NCBI GenBank assembly: GCA_050293845.1
Contig: JBNKNM010000088.1
Coordinates: forward strand, 1-20,557
Reading direction: 5' to 3'
Length of the DNA stretch: 20,557 nucleotides
Origin: Pseudobacteriovorax sp.
GTDB lineage: Bacteria > Bdellovibrionota_B > Oligoflexia > Oligoflexales > Oligoflexaceae
In this document: one piece after another, positions 8,213 to 16,002 of the stretch
Position numbering within the stretch: position 1 is the stretch's first letter
Layout: the number at the start of each line of letters is the position of its first letter
Program-made: the position numbers and the translations under genes
The notes under the pieces: generated by a model
Seen by the model: the letters and a program-made list of their open reading frames with translations, nothing else
Database searches by the model: none
Told to the model about the DNA's origin: nothing

Positions 8213-10771
8213 GTGATTACCAACAATCGACATATGGTTGTACTTTTATCGAGTGCAGCCGCGCTGTCTTCCCACGCACTAGGGCAAGATTCTGCAAATG
8301 CTGATGAGGCAACATCCAAAATTGAGCGCATTGAGGTCACGGGGTCGCATATTAAGCGAACTGAGGTTGAGGGTGTGTCGCCAATCCTGATGATCGATCG
8401 CGATCAAATCGAGAAAAGCGGCTTTTCAACAGTTAGTGAGTTAATGCAGAACCTCAGTATTTCATCTCAGGGTGCTTATTCGGCTTCAGTCGTTAGTGAT
8501 GTCAGGGGTACAGTTACTAATGTCAATTTGAGAGGACTTGGTGCAGAAAATACCCTAGTATTGCTTGACGGGCGTCGTTTGCCTGATGAAGCTGGATTAG
8601 GTGTTGTTGATCTTTCCACTATCCCCATGGCTGCTGTCGAAAGAATCGAAGTCCTCAAAGACTCCGCTTCAGCGATTTATGGCTCCGATGCTACTGGGGG
8701 TGTTATTAATATCATTACCCGCAAAGACCTCAATGGTTCGGCACTGTATGCCCGTGGTTCAACCCCTCATGGTCTGGATGGTGCGACTGAAACCGAATTC
8801 TCTTACCTTACAGGGGCCAATCAAGACAACTTTCGTCTATTGACTTCAATCACCTATCGCCATGTTGAGCCGATCTATCACCGCGATCGGGACTGGACTA
8901 AGGTGGGGCTCAGCTTTTATGCTTATCCTGGGAACTATGCATCAACTTCTAAGGGTGCAAAGATTACAGCCCATGATAATTGTCAGTCACCCGAGAGCGA
9001 ACGCATCACAGCTGAAGAAGATGGCAACCTTCTATGCTCATACAATTATGGTGCTACTATGGCCTTTTCGCCGGAGGTCACCCAAATTGGTTTCATGAAT
9101 AATATTGAGTATAATTTAAGTGATGATTTAACACTATTCTCAACCATTCGCGCATCCAAACAAACGAATATATGGAACATGGCTCCAAATGCCGGCAAGT
9201 TTACTATGCCACAAGCTATCGCCCTAGCTAAGAAAGAATCCTTAGGCTTAAAGGGTGAAATTGATTCCGATGTCAATATCTATTACCGCGGTGTGCCCTG
9301 GGGATTACGTCAATGGGAAGAGGAAAACACCCTCATTGGTGGTAATATTGGGTTAAACGGTAGCATTGGAAGCGATTGGGGATGGAATTTCGTTGTTGGC
9401 CATACCCAAAGCAAAAAAGATACTATCAACCCTGGTGGATTTATGCTCATAAGTGAGCTGGTTTCATCCATAGAAGCTGGTGAGTTCAACCCTTTTGAAA
9501 CTCAACTTAGCGACAGCTCTTTAGCCGTCGTTAATCGCTCACGCTACGAACCTTTCCAGGTCATAGACACGCAAATGTCCACCTACCAGACAACCTTTTC
9601 CGGTGATCTTATGGAGCTTGGTGGTGGTATGGCTGGTCTTGCCGTCGGCGTATCGCGATCTGAACAAAGCTACAAAAAAGTTATCGACCCACAATCTGAA
9701 GCTGGAAATGTCTTTGGTGTTACTGAAGATCAAGGTGCCGAGGGTGATCGTGAGCAGTCTGCAGCTTTCTTCGAAATTGCATTGCCTGTAACATCGCAAC
9801 TTGAATTCCAACTAGCGGCTCGTCATGATGTTTATAATGATTTCGGTTCCACAACCAACCCCAAGTTTGGATTCAAATACTTACCCACAGAAAGTATTCT
9901 CTTCCGCGGTAACGTCGGTACTGGCTTTAAGGCGCCAACCCTTAGTGAGATCTATAAAGGCACGCAGATTGGTTTGGAAAACTTATACGATACTCCAGAC
10001 TGTGGTAGTGGATGTACAGAGAGAACCACTGAAATTGAAATTCAAACTTCTGGTAACCCTAACTTAACGGAAGAAACCTCATTATCTTATAACTTCGGTG
10101 TCGTTACAGAACCTATTAGCGGGTTATCCATTGGAGCTGACTACTGGTATATTAAAATTGAAGATATTGTGGCTGAAATGGACCCTCAAGATGTTCTTGA
10201 TGCCATTGCTGCTGGACGAAACTTTGATGGAGTTGAAATCCAACGTGTCGGCGGCGAAGGTGGTCGTTTGGAAAGAATCAAGCTACCAGTCATGAACTTA
10301 GGTACATCCGAAGATGCTGGTGTCGACACTAATATCGCCTACCGTTTTAACGCCGGATCAAGTAGATTCTTCCTTAATGCTGACTATTCTCGTAAGATTT
10401 ATGCTCGTAGCGTACCTTTCCCTGGGCAACCGCAGCAGGATACTCTGTATGAAAGAGGGGAACCACGCTGGAGATCTACAGCAGCTGGCACTTGGGGCTT
10501 TGGTGCCCATGCTGTGACTCTCAGAAATAACAGAATTGGAGAGCAAAAATCTGAAGGGCAGGGTTTGAAAATTGGTGCCTTTTCCACTTACGATCTCCAA
10601 TATGCCTGGAATCACCCTTGGGGTGGACAGCTGGCTTTAGGAGCATTAAACGTTCTCGATACTGACTTCCCCGCGGATGATTCAGAGCGTGCCGGAGATG
10701 ATACTCGTGTTGTCGAACTCTACAATCCAAATGGTCGTGTTTTATACATGAACATCAACCAAACTTTTTAA
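8213..10771 (+). CDS. TonB-dependent outer-membrane receptor
   Basis: Signal peptide, TonB-box region IERIEVTGSHI, plug motifs VNLRGLG...TLVLLDGRR and ERIEVLKD-ASAIYGSDA-GGVINIITRK, barrel motifs GFKAPTL and NPNLTEE, C-terminal Phe. SD AGGAG lies 6 nt before the GTG. Confidence 0.96.
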   Translation: MITNNRHMVVLLSSAAALSSHALGQDSANADEATSKIERIEVTGSHIKRTEVEGVSPILMIDRDQIEKSGFSTVSELMQNLSISSQGAYSASVVSDVRGTVTNVNLRGLGAENTLVLLDGRRLPDEAGLGVVDLSTIPMAAVERIEVLKDSASAIYGSDATGGVINIITRKDLNGSALYARGSTPHGLDGATETEFSYLTGANQDNFRLLTSITYRHVEPIYHRDRDWTKVGLSFYAYPGNYASTSKGAKITAHDNCQSPESERITAEEDGNLLCSYNYGATMAFSPEVTQIGFMNNIEYNLSDDLTLFSTIRASKQTNIWNMAPNAGKFTMPQAIALAKKESLGLKGEIDSDVNIYYRGVPWGLRQWEEENTLIGGNIGLNGSIGSDWGWNFVVGHTQSKKDTINPGGFMLISELVSSIEAGEFNPFETQLSDSSLAVVNRSRYEPFQVIDTQMSTYQTTFSGDLMELGGGMAGLAVGVSRSEQSYKKVIDPQSEAGNVFGVTEDQGAEGDREQSAAFFEIALPVTSQLEFQLAARHDVYNDFGSTTNPKFGFKYLPTESILFRGNVGTGFKAPTLSEIYKGTQIGLENLYDTPDCGSGCTERTTEIEIQTSGNPNLTEETSLSYNFGVVTEPISGLSIGADYWYIKIEDIVAEMDPQDVLDAIAAGRNFDGVEIQRVGGEGGRLERIKLPVMNLGTSEDAGVDTNIAYRFNAGSSRFFLNADYSRKIYARSVPFPGQPQQDTLYERGEPRWRSTAAGTWGFGAHAVTLRNNRIGEQKSEGQGLKIGAFSTYDLQYAWNHPWGGQLALGALNVLDTDFPADDSERAGDDTRVVELYNPNGRVLYMNINQTF

Positions 10772-10784
10772 GTTATAAAAGAGT

Positions 10785-11453
10785 TCACGTAGTAATTTTT
10801 TTGAGATCTTCATAGAAGGTCTCATTTTTTTTTGGATCTTTGACGGTCATGGTATCCAAAAGTTTAAAATACAGTTTCAGCGAGTCCACCGCATCTTGAG
10901 TAGCAGTATGAGCCGCATGTTTCATACCAAGGATGTTTTCTAATTGAGTGATGCTGACCGATATGTCCTGCAGGTTCAAGAGATGTCTTAAAAGGTGTAG
11001 GTTAGAAGTTAAGTCCTGCATTTGATAATGAAAGTTTCGTTCTAGCCACTCCTCTCCAAAGGTTTCCCCTAGGAGCCGTCTATCCAAGCCGGCAACGCTT
11101 TTAGTTAGGATAACAGGCTTGCCGTATAGTAATTGCATTTTTTCAATAAAAGCAGAAATCAAAAGACCAGCCTCTTTTATTGAGACCCCTTTGTTGGAAG
11201 CTCGTTGAACGATCTCATTAAGCTTGGGATGGTTGATAACGAAGCTTGATATGTTACCATCCATTTTGAGAGTATTTAAACTAGGACAACGAACCAGTAT
11301 TGAAAAACTATTCTCTATCATGATGCGGCGTTCAGTAATAGATGCTGGGACTAATGCGATTTGTGTAAGAAAAGGTCTATTTACCTCGTGATATAGGCCG
11401 GTGCTTTCTAAGTCGAGACTTAGGGCTAGATCTACAGATATTTTATGTTGCAA
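10785..11453 (-). CDS. DEDDh 3'-5' exonuclease (RNase T / Pol III epsilon / oligoribonuclease superfamily)
   Basis: ExoI LDLESTG, ExoII ...GLDRRLL, ExoIII HTATQDA. TTG start with SD GGGGGAG. Confidence 0.85.
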   Translation of the reverse strand: MQHKISVDLALSLDLESTGLYHEVNRPFLTQIALVPASITERRIMIENSFSILVRCPSLNTLKMDGNISSFVINHPKLNEIVQRASNKGVSIKEAGLLISAFIEKMQLLYGKPVILTKSVAGLDRRLLGETFGEEWLERNFHYQMQDLTSNLHLLRHLLNLQDISVSITQLENILGMKHAAHTATQDAVDSLKLYFKLLDTMTVKDPKKNETFYEDLKKITT

Positions 11454-11502
11454 ATAAAACTCCCCCTATTGATTCTGAAAGGTTAATTCTCTTTCTTAAT
11501 AT

Positions 11503-11529
11503 GCTTCGGCAAAAAAATTGCCAGCATTA
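11503..11529 (-). promoter_or_regulatory. Possible sigma-28 (FliA)-type promoter for the DEDDh exonuclease
   Basis: Minus strand reads TAAT-N15-GCCGAAGC, about 50 nt upstream of the start. Consensus is TAAA-N15-GCCGATAA. Confidence 0.4.
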
Positions 11530-11661
11530 ATGGGATTATGGGAAGCCAGCACGGCACCTCATCCTTATAAATTAGGTGTCAAGTAAGATAAGGCCCTTTA
11601 TATCGATAAATATGTGAAAGCTTTGTAACAGACTAATTTAAAATAGAGACCAGATGATCTC

Positions 11662-12471
11662 CTAAGGACATTGGGGAGTAAAATCTTCTGAGGTGATGTA
11701 AGCGCTACAGAGTTGCTCCTTGGACAATTTTTCCCAGGAAATGTTTATATTATTGCTTAGAATGGTCCCATCGAGTTTGGCTCCAGTCCAGATAGTATCC
11801 TTCATGGTAGCTCCAGAGGCGTCAACATTTGTTAAATTAGCACCGCTCAGATCTGCGCCATCCATATGGGTATCTATCAGTCTTGTATCTGTAAAATCTG
11901 CATTGGTGAAAGTAGCTCCAGTAGCACTCCCGTATGTAAAGTCGATACCCCTAAACTTTGCTTGGGATAAGTCTGCCTTTGATAAAGTGGCTTGAAAAAG
12001 AGATGCGTCCGTTAGATCTGCCCTCTGTAAATTGGCTCCTTTGAGAGTAGCGTCTTTGAGCAGTGTACCGCTAAGGTTAGCTCCTTGAAGGTTTGCTTCT
12101 GTTAAGTTGACCATGCTCAGATCTAGGTTAGAAAGATCGGCACCTTGTAGATTGCATTTTTGGCACTCTCTTGAATCCAATAGCCGGTTTAAATCTTCAA
12201 TGGAATACTTGGGCTGTCCAGATTTATTTATTTCATCAACTTCAGTGCGAGACTGATTTATTTCAATTGATGGTTTCTTATGTTCTTTAGTCTTTAAAGT
12301 GGAATCTATTTGTTCATGCTCTTGATCCACTGTAGTTGCACTAGGGTTTTCAGCATAGGCTGGTTGGGTTTGGGAGCGTTCAATTAACGGCTGCGTTGTT
12401 TCTCTATCAGAAATGAAATGGTATGAAATAACAACAATGACAAGAAATGTAAAAAGGATAAAATATTTCAT
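11662..12471 (-). CDS. Membrane-anchored/exported pentapeptide-repeat protein
   Basis: N-terminal hydrophobic segment, then CQKCNLQGADLS and many A(D/N)Lxx repeats (ANLQG ANLSG ... ADLSG ANLTN). Confidence 0.92.
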   Translation of the reverse strand: MKYFILFTFLVIVVISYHFISDRETTQPLIERSQTQPAYAENPSATTVDQEHEQIDSTLKTKEHKKPSIEINQSRTEVDEINKSGQPKYSIEDLNRLLDSRECQKCNLQGADLSNLDLSMVNLTEANLQGANLSGTLLKDATLKGANLQRADLTDASLFQATLSKADLSQAKFRGIDFTYGSATGATFTNADFTDTRLIDTHMDGADLSGANLTNVDASGATMKDTIWTGAKLDGTILSNNINISWEKLSKEQLCSAYITSEDFTPQCP

Positions 12472-12514
12472 AGCTAATTCTCTCTACAGTGAAACTAGCA
12501 AAATCTATTAAATA

Positions 12515-13231
12515 TCATGGTTTCTTGGACCTATATTTGGATTTTTTCGAACTATGATCTTTAACTGGTTTTTGATTTTTTTTGTCATCAGTCCTAGGCT
12601 TGTTTGAAGCAACGGAAGATGATTTTTTTTCTTTAATTTTTTTTGTATTTTCCATCTCAGATCTTGTTAGGATAATGGATTTTTTGCCATCAATTTTAGT
12701 ATCTAATTGAATAGCTAGCTTTTCAAGGTGTGGGGAAAGTTTAAAAATACGAATGTTCATTTCGTCATATTTGATCGGCTTTTTACAGCTGAGTTTATAC
12801 TGAGAGGTAATGTTTTGATAACGATCCACATATTTAAATTTTTCACTCATAGGTACTATTTTAGAAGCCATCTTGCTATCTTTAACTCTAAGATTGTAAG
12901 AAAGCCTTACATAGGGCTTAATTAGCATTTTGCATGAAAAATCCTTTGTAGAAAAGATATGAGCTGGATTCATGATTTTATCCGAAATATTTTTAATGAT
13001 GAGCATTTTTTCACTATTTTTTTCTTCAAACTTATCAACTTTGGTAAAGTTATAAGTAGGGCCTGTAAACGCAATTATATAGTTGTCTTTGACTTCTGTA
13101 ATTCGTAAAGAAGCATGTCCTTGTAATCGATTGTCTTCAAAAGGGGGGAGATTGAATTGCTCATGTTTATTATTGTGAGCTAAGCTAATTGCAGGTATGC
13201 TGAGTGCAAAAGTTAAACCTAAAGTTTTCAT
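12515..13231 (-). CDS. Exported ZrgA/DUF2796-like protein, divergent (His-poor, Lys-rich)
   Basis: Signal peptide ending SLA-H. Pattern GHASLRI...FTGP..N...NPAHIF...SC...ITSQYKLSCKKP...IFKLSPHLEKLAIQL matches the ZrgA/DUF2796 layout by eye. The ATG at 13231 has SD GGAGGG. Confidence 0.6.
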   Translation of the reverse strand: MKTLGLTFALSIPAISLAHNNKHEQFNLPPFEDNRLQGHASLRITEVKDNYIIAFTGPTYNFTKVDKFEEKNSEKMLIIKNISDKIMNPAHIFSTKDFSCKMLIKPYVRLSYNLRVKDSKMASKIVPMSEKFKYVDRYQNITSQYKLSCKKPIKYDEMNIRIFKLSPHLEKLAIQLDTKIDGKKSIILTRSEMENTKKIKEKKSSSVASNKPRTDDKKNQKPVKDHSSKKSKYRSKKP

Positions 13232-13246
13232 TTGTCCCTCCATATT

Positions 13247-13278
13247 AAAAAAGAGATCGGCTAAAAAACTGATCTCTT
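13247..13278 (-). terminator. Intrinsic terminator after the 14036 lipoprotein gene
   Basis: Minus strand reads AAGAGATC-agttttttagcc-GATCTCTT-TTTT, about 35 nt after the stop at 13314. Confidence 0.6.
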
Positions 13279-13280
13279 GA
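13254..13280 (-). promoter_or_regulatory. Sigma-28 (FliA)-type promoter overlapping the terminator hairpin
   Basis: Minus strand reads TCAAG-N14-GCCGATCT, placing a transcription start just upstream of SD GGAGGG and the ATG at 13231. Confidence 0.5.
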
Positions 13281-13313
13281 GAAGCTATATGATTTTAATT
13301 TACAAAATTTGAA

Positions 13314-14036
13314 CTATTTAACAACTTGAAAATTTATTCTTGTATTACCTTCATTACTATTATGGTTATACATACCGGTATCGGTAGGATTTCCTGATGT
13401 GTTCATTTGAACTACCTGTGTCTCATCCCCTAGCACACCTTCTCCGAGATCTCCACTACATTGTCCCGCTGATAATACTGCACCACCAGGCCAGTGACCG
13501 AATGCGACACTATCAGATGAATGTATACGAAGAGTTCCTTCTCTTTGATCTTGTCCTATAGAATTTGGACTTACACAGAAAATAAGTTTCTGACCTTCTT
13601 TTACTTGTAAAGGAGTCGCAGCGTTTAGTAATGTTGTCGTCTTAGGCTGTTCTCCTGCTGCTACAGTTTCCTGTGCTACTAAATTGGCGGACGTTGTAAC
13701 CTGAGTTCTACCGATATCTGAGCGGTAAGTAGCCGTAGCGTTAGTACCATCAAGAGTTGCCGTAATTACCACTTCATCCATTGCCAATAAATCTGCTTGA
13801 GTTAAAGGTGTAAGATTTTCTTCAACTGGAGTATCTTCCACTTCTTCTTTTTCATCAGCTTCGGTTTCATCTTCAACGACAGGAGTTTCATTGTCTTTTT
13901 CTGATGCTCCTATTTTTTGATTGTCAACTTTCTCTGCTGTAGCTGCATTGCTTTGTGGTGTGTATTCTACTGGCTGTGTATTACAACCTAATAAGGCCCA
14001 TAGAATTGCCATCGAAGAAATAGTGCTAAGTCTCAT
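13314..14036 (-). CDS. Hypothetical lipoprotein with acidic linker and C-terminal His/Cys-motif (possibly cupredoxin-like) domain
   Basis: Lipobox LLGC, Glu/Asp-rich linker, then PLQVKEGQKLIFC...RIH...GHW...GQC...GMYNH. SD AGGGG. Confidence 0.75.
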   Translation of the reverse strand: MRLSTISSMAILWALLGCNTQPVEYTPQSNAATAEKVDNQKIGASEKDNETPVVEDETEADEKEEVEDTPVEENLTPLTQADLLAMDEVVITATLDGTNATATYRSDIGRTQVTTSANLVAQETVAAGEQPKTTTLLNAATPLQVKEGQKLIFCVSPNSIGQDQREGTLRIHSSDSVAFGHWPGGAVLSAGQCSGDLGEGVLGDETQVVQMNTSGNPTDTGMYNHNSNEGNTRINFQVVK

Positions 14037-14107
14037 ATAATCCCCTAAATAAAAATTTTCCTGTCTTGGTATACAGGACTTGATAAATTTACGTGCTCTA
14101 TGTCTTA

Positions 14108-14123
14108 AGCAAAGAACATGCCT
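14108..14123 (-). promoter_or_regulatory. Sigma-54 (RpoN) -24/-12 promoter for the lipoprotein gene
   Basis: Minus strand reads AGGCATG-ttct-TTGCT with exact GG-N10-GC spacing (consensus TGGCACG-N4-TTGCW), about 70 nt upstream of the ATG at 14036. Confidence 0.65.
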
Positions 14124-14392
14124 CTTTAATTTGTTTCTAAACCCTCGTAAATTCAGTTAAATTGAAAACTTAATAGTGTCTATATCCGCGTCAGTGAAAA
14201 GAGAATGGCCTGTAATCAGCTAGAAACACATGGGAAAGATACTCTTACCCAAATTACGTATCGGTACTAATTGATGAGGAGTTTAATATAGCTATAAAAG
14301 GTAGAAAAACAAGTGTGATAGAGTGTTTTTTATTTTTACTCCTCGGAAGTTAATTTGAAAAATTGGTATTATGAAAAAAACTAAATAATAAT

Positions 14393-14419
14393 TAAATTAT
14401 CTGAATATAATGCCGATAT
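14393..14419 (+). promoter_or_regulatory. Sigma-28 (FliA) promoter for the cytochrome c lipoprotein gene
   Basis: TAAA-N15-GCCGATAT, an 11/12 match to TAAA-N15-GCCGATAA, 54 nt upstream of the ATG at 14474. Confidence 0.7.
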
Positions 14420-14473
14420 ATAAGCGTTGGGAAATTACTATAGATTATTGATCTTAAAAATTAGGGACAAATC

Positions 14474-14914
14474 ATGAAATTGTTGGGGATCTTGAGTAAT
14501 ATTTTTATTTTAGCTTGCTTTATAGTTAGTTGTGCAAGTGGTGAGCCAGCTGCAACTCAATATAAAAAAGCCAAAGAAGCTGAAGCCGCTGCAGGTGTAA
14601 CTGGTGCTGATCAGGATGCTAATCAAGACGCCGGTGGTGATCAAGACGCTGGTGGTGATCAAAACGCTGGTGGTGAAGACAATGCGGCATTAGTGGCTGC
14701 GGGACTGGAGTTATATAATAGTAATGGTTGTGGAGGATGTCATTCAGGTGCCATAGCCCCTGTCTTATTCGACGGCTATGCGGGTCCAGATCCAGCTGGT
14801 GTAGCGGAAGCTTATAGCAGTGAGCCGGCGGCAACTTCACATGTAAACCCAGAAACTTTGTCAGAAGAGCAAGCCGAACAGTTGTATGCTGCATTTCAAG
14901 GAGCTGCTCCATAA
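14474..14914 (+). CDS. Monoheme cytochrome c lipoprotein
   Basis: Lipobox IVSC, low-complexity linker, G.ELY...CGGCH heme-attachment motif (14729-14743) and a C-terminal helix LSEEQAEQLYAAF typical of class I cytochromes c. Confidence 0.85.
   Translation: MKLLGILSNIFILACFIVSCASGEPAATQYKKAKEAEAAAGVTGADQDANQDAGGDQDAGGDQNAGGEDNAALVAAGLELYNSNGCGGCHSGAIAPVLFDGYAGPDPAGVAEAYSSEPAATSHVNPETLSEEQAEQLYAAFQGAAP
14621..14674 (+). repeat. 18-bp in-frame tandem repeat, 3 copies (DQDAGG units)
   Basis: aatcaagacgccggtggt / gatcaagacgctggtggt / gatcaaaacgctggtggt, preceded by a partial copy gatcaggatgct. Confidence 0.9.
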
Positions 14915-14939
14915 TCTAAATTTTAAAGCATTAAATAAT

Positions 14940-14980
14940 CCTACATAGGGAGTCTTCGTATTGATTTCCTATGTAGGTTT
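14940..14980 (+). terminator. Intrinsic terminator of the cytochrome c gene
   Basis: 15-bp stem CCTACATAGGGAGTC / GATTTCCTATGTAGG (two G-U pairs), 8-nt loop, followed by TTT. Confidence 0.8.
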
Positions 14981-15255
14981 ACTGCGTTTTGCAGTCATTT
15001 TGTTTTGCTGTTTCCTTCCTGTTGAGATTTTCTTGATTTATCTCAATAATTAGCATTAATCTTTTAGCTGAGTAACGGTGCCTGTATGACTTGTATGGTT
15101 TTCCATTGCCCTAGTAATCTGAAATATTCATTTAGGACATTTCTTTTAATAGAAGGATAAATGAGTGGGAGTATTTCCTTTCTGCTTATTGCTTTCCTAT
15201 TCAGATAGTCATACATTATTAAGGAAATGGATGCTTATCTACTTGGAGAGTGGCG

Positions 15256-16002
15256 ATGAATAAGGTTGCAGTGGTAACTGGTGCTTCCTCTGGCTTAGGA
15301 ATAGAGTTTTGTAAGCAATTAGCTCGCGATGGATACAAAGTGGGTATGATTGCACGTCGTAAAAGTCCCATGGAAAAGCTACAAAAAGAGCTAAGCTTAC
15401 AGGGAAAAGAGGCTCGCTACTATTGTTGTGACGTGCTGGATTTTACAGAAATGGAAGCAGCTGCCCAGTATTTTGAAGACGAATTAGGTCCGATTGGATT
15501 ATTAATTGCAAACGCTGGAGTAGGGGAAGCTATACCTCTTCATCGTTTTGATGCAAAACTAGGAAAAACCATAATAGATGTAAATGTGACTGGTGTCATG
15601 AATTCCATAGCATCTGTAATACCTAAATTTATGGAGCGGAAAGAAGGACAAATCGTTGCAATTTCATCATTAGCCTCCTTTTTAACTCCACCAAAATCCT
15701 ATATTTATTGCGCAAGTAAGGCTGCTCTCAATACTTATATTAAGGGATTGTGGATGGAGGCAGTGGATTATAATATTGATATTACAAATGTGTATCTAGG
15801 TTATGTGAAAACTCCAATGACAGCAAGGAATCGCTTTAAAATGCCTTTCATCATGGAAGCAGAGAAAGCTGTTGGTTTGATGTTAAAAGGGATTTATAAG
15901 AAAAAAAGAGAAATCTGTTTACCAAAGAAGCTCTATATAATTACTCGTATCATAGGTTCACTCCCATTGGAAATACAGCGCAGGATCTTTAAAGCTTCCT
16001 AG
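15256..16002 (+). CDS. Short-chain dehydrogenase/reductase (SDR)
   Basis: TGASSGLG, IANAG, catalytic ISS...YCASK. The ATG at 15256 is preferred over GTG 15250 because SD GGAG lies 7 nt upstream. Confidence 0.95.
   Translation: MNKVAVVTGASSGLGIEFCKQLARDGYKVGMIARRKSPMEKLQKELSLQGKEARYYCCDVLDFTEMEAAAQYFEDELGPIGLLIANAGVGEAIPLHRFDAKLGKTIIDVNVTGVMNSIASVIPKFMERKEGQIVAISSLASFLTPPKSYIYCASKAALNTYIKGLWMEAVDYNIDITNVYLGYVKTPMTARNRFKMPFIMEAEKAVGLMLKGIYKKKREICLPKKLYIITRIIGSLPLEIQRRIFKAS

Noticed and set aside
12150..12170. CQKC in the pentapeptide protein as a heme-binding site
   Set aside because: It reads CxxCN, not CxxCH. This CxxC cap is common just before pentapeptide repeats.
14609..14680. Short repeats as a CRISPR array
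   Set aside because: The units are contiguous, in-frame 18-mers with no spacers, and no cas genes are present.
15161..15208. 15-aa hydrophobic micro-ORF MSGSISFLLIAFLFR after AGAAGGA
   Set aside because: SD-to-ATG spacing is only 3 nt, the peptide is too short for a confident membrane helix, and T-rich DNA yields such peptides by chance.
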